DNA of 64,000 nt from Bacillota bacterium (GTDB lineage Bacteria; Bacillota_I; Bacilli_A; RF39; UBA660): positions 621-64,620 of the forward strand of contig SVAH01000005.1 in the NCBI GenBank assembly GCA_015059485.1, written 5' to 3'. Below the pieces are notes generated by a model that worked only from the letters and a program-made list of their open reading frames with translations, did no database searches and had not been told where the DNA came from. Position numbers and translations under genes: made by a program. Of the stretch, positions 39,801 through 47,262 are shown one piece after another; position 1 is the first letter of the stretch, and each line of letters begins with the position of its first letter.

Positions 39801-41495
39801 ATGAATTCAAATAATATAGAAGAAGAAGTAAGATTATATGTATCAAATGCATTATGGCTATATTCGATAATACGCAATAGAAAAATAGAAAGTACGGAAT
39901 TAAATAATAAAGAATATCATAATAATGATAAAATTGCATTATCTTTCTTTTTGGCAGCATTCGTAACAGATATTAATTTGTTAGACATTATTAGTGAATA
40001 CAATGTAGATGTTGAAGATTTACTTTTATCAGTAGGTATTACAGAAGAAATGTTAGAAAATCCAAGTGATGAAAATATTGTATCAAAATGCAATGAAGAA
40101 TTTGAAAAATTTATGGAAGATTATGCACATGCAATTTGTGAAAAATATTTGCTGGAAGAAGTTAGTGCAGAAGTATTATTTTCATTACTAATAGAAAGCA
40201 AATATAATGGAATAATATATGATTTGATACTGAAAAAAATACCTCAAATATATTCTTCGAAAGATGGAAAAATAGAATTGTTTGAAACGGTAAAAAAATA
40301 TTCTTTAGATAACAAACATATGATAATTAAAAATTCAAATGAAAAATCACCAATACAGAGTATGTTTGAATATTTCTTTGGATTAGATCCAAGTGCCGAT
40401 ATTGAATATGAAATAATACCTTCAGGAAATATGATTCCTAAAAATATAGAAAATGATAATCAAGAAAGAGAAGAAGAAATAGATTCTAATGATTTAGAAG
40501 TATTTAATAAGTTAGAAAATATAATAAAAAAATTTATTGGTCAAGAAGAAGTATGCGAGTATTTATTTTATAATATTATAAATAATCAACAACTAGCAAC
40601 AAGAGATGATGTTTTTGATGGAGAGAGATCTATAATATTTTTAGATGGTCCAACAGGAACAGGAAAGACTGCTATTACGAGAGAAATAACAAAAGTATTG
40701 GATATTCCATTTGCAGCAACGTCTGTAACTAATTATTCATCTTCTGGGTATGTTGGTGGAAATTTAACAGATATATTAGAAAAACTTTTAGATAAAGCAG
40801 ATGGAGATTTAGAAAAAGCTGAAAGAGGAATTGTTGTTTTAGATGAATTTGATAAGTTATCTTATAAAAGAGATAGTGGTGGATTAAGTATGAAAAAAGC
40901 AGTACAACAACAATTATTAGATTTTATGGGTGGAGGTTCATATGATTTAGTAGTAGGAAATGGACCTTTTTCTCAACTTGTTAGTTTTGATACATCTAAA
41001 TTAACATTTGTGTGTCTTGCTGCATTAACAGATTTAAGAGAAGAAAAAGTAGGTAAAAAGCAACCTATTGGTTACTGCAGTACACAAAAGCGTAGTGAAA
41101 AAACATATAATATTACTCCACAAGATTTGGTTGATATTGGACTTGAAAGAGAATTAGTAGGTAGATTAAATACATATCTACATACAGAAGAGTATTCTAA
41201 AGATATACTTTTAAGAATATTACATGAATCAGAAATAAGTCCTTTAGTTGGATTAAAAAAATGGGTTGAATCTAAAAATAAAGAACTAATAATAGATGAT
41301 GAAGTATACTATTTAATAGTGGACGCAGCGTATGATTTAAACACTGGAGCAAGAGCTCTTCAAACAGTTGTAAATGGAATAAGAACAGTATATTTAAAAG
41401 AAGTATTAACTGGAAATGATAAAGAAGTATATTTAGATAGTGATAGAGTATCTAAAATAATTAATAATAATTCAATGAGAAGAGTAAGAAAATGA
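39801..41495 (+). CDS. ClpX-like AAA+ ATPase with an atypical N-terminal domain
   Basis: GPTGTGKT, SSSGYVG, VLDEFDK, VQQQLL, IGY loop, ELVGRL and GARAL; no C4 zinc-binding domain. Confidence 0.85.
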   Translation: MNSNNIEEEVRLYVSNALWLYSIIRNRKIESTELNNKEYHNNDKIALSFFLAAFVTDINLLDIISEYNVDVEDLLLSVGITEEMLENPSDENIVSKCNEEFEKFMEDYAHAICEKYLLEEVSAEVLFSLLIESKYNGIIYDLILKKIPQIYSSKDGKIELFETVKKYSLDNKHMIIKNSNEKSPIQSMFEYFFGLDPSADIEYEIIPSGNMIPKNIENDNQEREEEIDSNDLEVFNKLENIIKKFIGQEEVCEYLFYNIINNQQLATRDDVFDGERSIIFLDGPTGTGKTAITREITKVLDIPFAATSVTNYSSSGYVGGNLTDILEKLLDKADGDLEKAERGIVVLDEFDKLSYKRDSGGLSMKKAVQQQLLDFMGGGSYDLVVGNGPFSQLVSFDTSKLTFVCLAALTDLREEKVGKKQPIGYCSTQKRSEKTYNITPQDLVDIGLERELVGRLNTYLHTEEYSKDILLRILHESEISPLVGLKKWVESKNKELIIDDEVYYLIVDAAYDLNTGARALQTVVNGIRTVYLKEVLTGNDKEVYLDSDRVSKIINNNSMRRVRK

Positions 41496-41575
41496 GTTTG
41501 GCAACTAAATTGGTTGACATCTCATTTTTTTTATGTTATCATCTACGTGAAATTTAAAGAGAGAGGAGTGGAAAA

Positions 41576-41650
41576 ATGATTAGAAGATTTTATATGAGTT
41601 TAATAGTTAATAAAAGAGATGGGGAGAAAATTATTTTTCCAACTCTTTAA
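41576..41650 (+). CDS. 24-aa upstream ORF / putative leader peptide (MIRRFYMSLIVNKRDGEKIIFPTL)
   Basis: TTGACA-N17-TATCAT promoter (41514-42) and AGGAG SD precede it; lies in the 5' leader of the ABC exporter. Confidence 0.5.
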   Translation: MIRRFYMSLIVNKRDGEKIIFPTL

Positions 41651-41693
41651 TCTAAATAACTTTGTGTAATTAATAAAAAATGTGGAGGTATGT

Positions 41694-43409
41694 ATGAAAA
41701 GTTTAAAAGCGTTCATACCCCTTTGGAGATTCATTAAAAAAGAAAAAGGAAAATTTATAATTGCCACTATTTTAGTGTTTATATCTTCAATAAGCTTTTT
41801 ATTTATTGGATACTTAAATGGTGCAGCCATTGAGTCAATAACAAAATTGAACTTAAAAAGAGCTTTGTTATTATTATCAGCATATTTATTTGTTGAAGTA
41901 GTTTTAGATTTACTATGTTCAAGAATGTCATCAAGAATATTACAAAGAATAGAAAATAGAGTGTCTCGTGAACTTAGTTATGAAACATATACTAAATGTT
42001 TAAATTTACCAGCATATGCTTATGAAAAAAAGTCATCTGGTGAAATTATTAATAGAATTACAAGTGATAGTGAGAGTTTATCATTTACATTTGGTAGAGT
42101 AATAAATATTGTTACATATTTATTTGGTACAGTAATTTTATTCTTTTATATATGTTATAACTCATGGATTATAGGTGTATTAATTGTAATATTTGTATGT
42201 TTAATTGCACTTGTAATGAAACATTATAATCCAATTGTAAAAAAGACACATAAAGCACGTAAAGATAGTCAAGATAAATTTATATCAATTACTAATGAAT
42301 CAATAAGGGGTATAAGAGAAATAAAGACATTAGGTATAAAACCTAATTTATTATCAGAAACTAGAAAAGTAATAAAAGAAATATTAGAAAAAAGTTATGA
42401 AGAAACAAGTTATAATATTAGATATCGTATATCAACGGGTATACTTAGAATGTTACTTGAAGTATCAACATTTATGACCTGTGCAATACTTATGTATTAT
42501 GGAAAAATAAATTTAACTTTCTTTATAGCTATGACGTATTACATTTATAGATATACATGGTTAATGGAAGAAATAAGTGATTTTTCAGAAAGTTATCAAA
42601 AACTAATTGTTTCACTTGAAAGAGTTAATGAAATAATAGAAAATAAATTATTTGAAGATGAAAAATTTGGTAAAGAATCATTAAAAGATGTAAAAGGAGT
42701 TGTAGAATTTAAAAATGTAAATTTTGCCTATCCAGGTGAAAAAAATATACTTAAGAATTTTAATTTGGTACTAGAGCCAAATAAGAAAATCGCAATAGTT
42801 GGAAAAAGTGGTCAGGGTAAATCAACAATATTTAATTTATTAACAAGAGTGTTTGATTGTAAAAAAGGTGAAATTACTTTAGATGGAGTAAATATTCAAG
42901 ATTTGACTGAAGAAAATTTACGAAAACATATTTCAATAATTAGACAGGAACCATTTATATTTAATAGAAGTATTAAAGAAAATTTTAAAATAGTAAATGA
43001 AAAAATAAGATTAAATGAAATAAAAAAATATACACAAATGGCTTATTTAGATGACTATATAATGAGTTTACCTAAAAAGTATGACACTGTTTTAGGTGAA
43101 GGTGGAGTTAATCTATCCGGAGGACAAAAACAAAGACTTTCAATTGCCAGAACACTTGCTAAAGGAAGTAAGGTTATTTTATTTGATGAAGCAACATCAG
43201 CACTTGATAATTCATCACAAGAATATGTTAAAGAAACTATAGATAAACTTGTAAAAGATCACACTGTAATAGTAGTTGCACACAGGTTATCAACAATTAT
43301 AGATGCGGACATTATTCATGTTATTGATGGAGGAAAAGTTATTGCATCTGGAACTCATGAAGAATTATTAAAAACATGTGAAACTTATAAGAAGTTATAT
43401 AATGCTTAA
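41694..43409 (+). CDS. ABC exporter, fused permease and ATPase; paralog of 21501..23261
   Basis: GKSGQGKS, LSGGQ and ILFDEATSALD; GGAGG SD. Confidence 0.93.
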   Translation: MKSLKAFIPLWRFIKKEKGKFIIATILVFISSISFLFIGYLNGAAIESITKLNLKRALLLLSAYLFVEVVLDLLCSRMSSRILQRIENRVSRELSYETYTKCLNLPAYAYEKKSSGEIINRITSDSESLSFTFGRVINIVTYLFGTVILFFYICYNSWIIGVLIVIFVCLIALVMKHYNPIVKKTHKARKDSQDKFISITNESIRGIREIKTLGIKPNLLSETRKVIKEILEKSYEETSYNIRYRISTGILRMLLEVSTFMTCAILMYYGKINLTFFIAMTYYIYRYTWLMEEISDFSESYQKLIVSLERVNEIIENKLFEDEKFGKESLKDVKGVVEFKNVNFAYPGEKNILKNFNLVLEPNKKIAIVGKSGQGKSTIFNLLTRVFDCKKGEITLDGVNIQDLTEENLRKHISIIRQEPFIFNRSIKENFKIVNEKIRLNEIKKYTQMAYLDDYIMSLPKKYDTVLGEGGVNLSGGQKQRLSIARTLAKGSKVILFDEATSALDNSSQEYVKETIDKLVKDHTVIVVAHRLSTIIDADIIHVIDGGKVIASGTHEELLKTCETYKKLYNA

Positions 43410-43428
43410 TCTTTAAATTTTAAATGAT

Positions 43429-43461
43429 AAAAACGTTCGCAAAATTTGTCGAACGTTTTTT
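43429..43461 (+). terminator. intrinsic terminator
   Basis: AAAACGTTCG-N10-CGAACGTTTT plus T tract. Confidence 0.85.
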
Positions 43462-43579
43462 ATTTAATTAACTTAGTATAAACAATTGAGAAAAGGAGAA
43501 AAAGCACACCACCACAAAAAAACTTATGAGGGACCCGAGTTTTGGGGGCTTTGTAAGAAAAATTGCGGAGGTGGTAATA

Positions 43580-43660
43580 ATGAGTAAGAAAGATTTTTTA
43601 ATCGGACTTCTTTTTGTTATTATTTTTATATTACTTGCCTTAGTGTTTAAGTTAATATAA
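43580..43660 (+). CDS. 26-aa hydrophobic peptide, putative type I toxin (MSKKDFLIGLLFVIIFILLALVFKLI)
   Basis: GGAGGTGG SD; single TM; ORF conserved in the second copy with synonymous and conservative changes; absent from the supplied ORF track. Confidence 0.85.
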   Translation: MSKKDFLIGLLFVIIFILLALVFKLI

Positions 43661-43740
43661 AAAGAAGCTTTCATTCTGAATGAATGAAAGCACAAATCTT
43701 TAAAGGTGAGTGCATGTCCAGAGGATATGTTTTCTCACTT
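43659..43740 (-). ncRNA. putative antisense antitoxin RNA (copy 1)
   Basis: minus-strand TTGATA(43775-70)-N17-TG-ext TATTAT(43752-47); 10-bp hairpin 43667-91 followed by TTCTTTTT. Confidence 0.72.
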
Positions 43741-43845
43741 AAATAGATAATAACATATTAGTAGATAAATATCAATTAATATAATTATGCTTTAAATATT
43801 GTATTTATTTTGTTATAATACAAACTTAATTGGTGGTGAAATAAT

Positions 43846-44949
43846 ATGGCAACTAAAATTGATTTATATACAAAATATGATCAGCCATTGTTTTTAAAAG
43901 AAGAAAAAATAAAAAAAATGAAAGAACAATTAGAATATATTATATCAATTTCTGATATGAATTCTTTAGATTTTGCAAAAAATGCATTATTTAGTGAAGA
44001 AATAAAAGCAAATAATTTAGTTGAAAATTATAAAGATGACATCGAATATATTGATGATGTTGTAAAAGAAAACAAAAGAAGAAAAAATGCAGAAGATGAA
44101 AAAGCACAAAGAATTTTAAATTTATTTAATGGTTATAAATATATTCTTGGTTCAAGTGAAATAACAAAAGATAATCTAAAAAAATTATATAATATATTAT
44201 CTAGACATTTATTAGGTGATTATGATTTAGAACATATGGGTGAATACTATAGAAATGAAATGGTATATATTTATACATCAGATAATGTTGCAAAGGCACC
44301 AGATGAAGGAATGGATACTAAAAAAGTTGATAGATGTATGAATTTATTACTTGAATATATTAATACTGATAATCATTTAGATTGTTTTACTGACTATTAT
44401 ATAAAGTCACAAATAGTTCATTATTATTTTGTATACGTACATCCATATTTTGATGTTAATGGAAGAACAAGTAGAACTTTAGCTATTTGGTATTTACTTA
44501 ATAATATGATTTATCCATATATTATATTTAATCGTGGTATAACATATGATAAAAATAAATATTATAAATGTATATCTAATGCTAAAAGAGGTGGAAACAT
44601 AACATTATTTATTGAGTATATGCTAGAAAATGTAAAAAATGAATTAATAAAAGAATATGGAATAATGGAAATAGAAAAAGAAAGAGAACTTACGAATTTA
44701 GAACGTCAATGTATTAATTATATAATGTCTATGAATGGAAATATGACAACAATAGATTTTGCTACAACATACAATAGATTTAATGATAAGAGAAAAAATA
44801 GTGACATAATTAATAATGTTATAAATCCATTAATTGAAAAAGAAATAATTATTCCTGGTAGACCTACTAAAAAACAAGGTAATTATTTCTTTAATTTAAA
44901 TGAAGAAATGTTAGAAGATTATAATGCTTTGACAAGGAAGTTGAAATAA
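43846..44949 (+). CDS. Fic family protein with C-terminal HTH-like region
   Basis: HPYFDVNGRTSR Fic motif (Gly to Val at position 6). Confidence 0.92.
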   Translation: MATKIDLYTKYDQPLFLKEEKIKKMKEQLEYIISISDMNSLDFAKNALFSEEIKANNLVENYKDDIEYIDDVVKENKRRKNAEDEKAQRILNLFNGYKYILGSSEITKDNLKKLYNILSRHLLGDYDLEHMGEYYRNEMVYIYTSDNVAKAPDEGMDTKKVDRCMNLLLEYINTDNHLDCFTDYYIKSQIVHYYFVYVHPYFDVNGRTSRTLAIWYLLNNMIYPYIIFNRGITYDKNKYYKCISNAKRGGNITLFIEYMLENVKNELIKEYGIMEIEKERELTNLERQCINYIMSMNGNMTTIDFATTYNRFNDKRKNSDIINNVINPLIEKEIIIPGRPTKKQGNYFFNLNEEMLEDYNALTRKLK

Positions 44950-45105
44950 ATCGTTCGCAAAATTTGTCGAACGATTTTTGTTTACAATTAAGTAATAGAT
45001 AATTATTATAAATACTTGAGAAAAGGAAAAAAAGCACACCACCACAAGAAACTTATATGGGACTTTAGTTCAGGGGGTTATAAGACAATTGTGGAGGTGG
45101 TAGTA

Positions 45106-45186
45106 ATGAGTAAGAAAGATTTTCTAATTGGACTTCTTATTATTATAATTTTTATATTACTAGTAATAATACTTAAGTTAATATAA
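45106..45186 (+). CDS. 26-aa hydrophobic peptide, putative type I toxin (MSKKDFLIGLLIIIIFILLVIILKLI)
   Basis: TTTACA(44981)-N17-TATTAT(45004) promoter and GGAGGTGG SD; paralog of 43580..43660. Confidence 0.85.
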   Translation: MSKKDFLIGLLIIIIFILLVIILKLI

Positions 45187-45267
45187 AAAGAAGCTTTCAT
45201 TCTGAATGAATGAAAGCACAACATCAATTGGTGAGGTGCATGTCCCTAGGAATGCCTTTTCTCACTT
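45185..45267 (-). ncRNA. putative antisense antitoxin RNA (copy 2)
   Basis: minus-strand TTGTCA(45302-297)-N17-TG-ext TATTAT(45279-74); hairpin 45193-217 plus TTCTTTTT. Confidence 0.72.
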
Positions 45268-45295
45268 AAATAAATAATAACATAAAAAAAATTAC

Positions 45296-45326
45296 TTGAC
45301 AAGTATACTTGGGGGGGGGGTAAAAT
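45296..45326 (+). promoter_or_regulatory. sigma-A promoter with a G10 homopolymer in the spacer (phase-variable candidate)
   Basis: TTGACA(45296-301)-AGTATACTT-G10(45311-20)-TAAAAT(45321-26); spacer is 19 bp. Confidence 0.8.
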
Positions 45327-45350
45327 AAGCTTAAGAATAGAGGAATGTAT

Positions 45351-45926
45351 ATGAAAAAAGTATTTAAAAATCCAATAATAATGTTTGTACTGGGAGCCCT
45401 AATATTTTCAAGTATAAGTGTATATGCAGCACATAAATATGCTGCAAGTGATATAACATATAAAGATACAACACTAGATCAAGCATTAAATACATTATAT
45501 ACAACTCAGAATACAACAGTAACAAATTTACAAAGTCAAGTAACATCTTTAACAAACGAAAAAACGTCATTACAAAATCAAATAAATACAAAAGATGCAA
45601 CTATCTCAAGTTTACAATCTCAACTATCAGTTTATGATAATGCTAATTGTGTAACAGGATCTTTTGATAGTTCGAATTACTCAACTTCTACTGATAAAAA
45701 GTTAATTAGCTTTTCACCAAAAAAATTTATAATTTATGAAACAACTAGTGCTTGGGGTGGTGGACATTTTTGGCTAGAAGGATGGACAAATTTTGTCGAT
45801 ATAACTTGGGGAAAAGATTATATTAATGCTAGTCAAAGTTTAAGTAAATATTATACCGTAAATAATGGGTTGTATATTCATAACTTTCCAACTGGAGTAA
45901 CTTTATACTACATGGCATGTAGATAA
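45351..45926 (+). CDS. secreted/surface protein with a coiled-coil stalk and C-terminal globular domain
   Basis: signal peptide ending SVYA, heptad-like NLQSQVTSLTNEKTSLQNQI segment, C-terminal domain with 2 Cys. Confidence 0.85.
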   Translation: MKKVFKNPIIMFVLGALIFSSISVYAAHKYAASDITYKDTTLDQALNTLYTTQNTTVTNLQSQVTSLTNEKTSLQNQINTKDATISSLQSQLSVYDNANCVTGSFDSSNYSTSTDKKLISFSPKKFIIYETTSAWGGGHFWLEGWTNFVDITWGKDYINASQSLSKYYTVNNGLYIHNFPTGVTLYYMACR

Positions 45927-46060
45927 TATTTTATCTACATTTTTTTATGAATACGTATATGCTCACATTTAATTATTGATGTGTGCATATCAAAGATAGT
46001 GATACTTGTGATTAAGAATATCGTGTGATATAATTCAAATATACAAAGGATGTGGTAAAT

Positions 46061-46120
46061 ATGATAAAAACTAAATTTAAGAAAAAATATAGAAAGTTTA
46101 CCACACAATTAAATTTTTAA
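46061..46120 (+). CDS. 19-aa Lys-rich uORF (MIKTKFKKKYRKFTTQLNF), possible leader peptide
   Basis: TTGTGA-N17-TGA-TATAAT promoter (46006-34) and AAGGA SD; followed by a GC-rich hairpin at 46129-55. Confidence 0.4.
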   Translation: MIKTKFKKKYRKFTTQLNF

Positions 46121-46177
46121 TTAATACAGGGACTCTCTATATTTTAGAGGGCCCCTTTAATGTTGAAAGGAGAATAT

Positions 46178-46567
46178 ATGAAAAAAGAAAAATCATGTGG
46201 AATAATTGTTATTAATGATAATAAGGTACTAATGGTAAATCAAAAAAATGGCGTATATTCGTTTCCGAAAGGACATGTTGAAGAAAATGAATCAGAAATT
46301 GATACAGCATTAAGAGAAGTAAAAGAAGAAACTAATATAGATGCTAAAATAACTAGTGATAAAAGATATGTAGTTAATTATATAACTGATAAAGGAATAA
46401 ATAAAACAGTAGTATTCTTTCTAGGAAAAGCAATTAGTCTTGATATAGCAAAACAGGAAAGTGAAATAGAAGAAGCAAATTGGGTAGATATAGAACATGT
46501 TTATGATACAATAAGTTATGATAATATGAAAGAATTGTGGAAAAATGTATTGGAGGAAATAAAATGA
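46178..46567 (+). CDS. NUDIX hydrolase (Ap4A hydrolase-like)
   Basis: FPKGHVEENESEIDTALREVKEETN Nudix box. Confidence 0.93.
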   Translation: MKKEKSCGIIVINDNKVLMVNQKNGVYSFPKGHVEENESEIDTALREVKEETNIDAKITSDKRYVVNYITDKGINKTVVFFLGKAISLDIAKQESEIEEANWVDIEHVYDTISYDNMKELWKNVLEEIK

Positions 46568-47166
46568 AAGAGTTAATATTTGCAACTGGTAATAAATCTA
46601 AAATTGATAGATTCTATGATAAATTAAAAGAGCAAGGTGTAGAATTAATTGGAATAAAAGATTTAAATATTAAACTGGAAGCTGAAGAAAATGGTAAAAA
46701 TGAAATAGAAAATGCAACGATAAAAGCAGAAGAATGTTATAAAAAAACTAAAAAAGCATCACTTGGAATGGATGATGCATTATACTTAGAGGGAGTACCA
46801 GAAGATAGGCAACCAGGACTGTTTGTAAGAAGAGTAAATGGTAAAGAATTAAGTGATGAAGAGATGATTGAACACTATATAGATTTAGTAAATGAATTTG
46901 GTAAGGACGGAAAATTAGATGCAAAATGGGTTTATGGAATGTGTTTAATTAATGAGAAAGGAGAGAAACATACATACACATGGACTAAAGAAAATTTTTA
47001 TATGGTAAATACTAAATCTAATATAATAAATGAAAGATATCCTTTAAATTCAATATCAAAGTATAAAGGAATAGATAAATATTTTACAGATGTTACAGAA
47101 GAAGATAAAAATAGCTTAAAAGTTGATGAATCTGATGTAATTGACTTTATTATAGGTAGTTTATAA
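46564..47166 (+). CDS. Ham1/ITPase-like non-canonical purine NTP pyrophosphatase
   Basis: FATGNKSK, EENG…ENATIKA, GMDDALY and PGLFVRR. Confidence 0.8.
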   Translation: MKELIFATGNKSKIDRFYDKLKEQGVELIGIKDLNIKLEAEENGKNEIENATIKAEECYKKTKKASLGMDDALYLEGVPEDRQPGLFVRRVNGKELSDEEMIEHYIDLVNEFGKDGKLDAKWVYGMCLINEKGEKHTYTWTKENFYMVNTKSNIINERYPLNSISKYKGIDKYFTDVTEEDKNSLKVDESDVIDFIIGSL

Positions 47167-47262
47167 CTAGAATTATAGGGAAATTCTAGTTTTTTCTTGC
47201 AATTTTAAAAAAAATAATATATTATATGTTGCGTAATAATACTAAGAATACGGAGGTTAACT

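Larger units (their letters stand above)
43429..43775 (+). repeat. direct repeat copy 1 (terminator plus type I TA-like module)
   Basis: co-linear and highly similar to 44948-45302. Confidence 0.92.
44948..45302 (+). repeat. direct repeat copy 2 (terminator plus type I TA-like module)
   Basis: co-linear with 43429-43775, with compensatory base changes in stems. Confidence 0.92.

Noticed and set aside
43439-43455. CGAAC/GTTCG halves in the repeat hairpin as a LexA box
   Set aside because: Order is reversed (GTTCG-N10-CGAAC) and spacing is wrong; covariation plus a T tract fit a terminator.
43468-43695. 75-aa (43468..43695) minus-strand ORF over TA copy 1
   Set aside because: No SD and not conserved as a frame in copy 2; the plus-strand 26-aa ORF is conserved.
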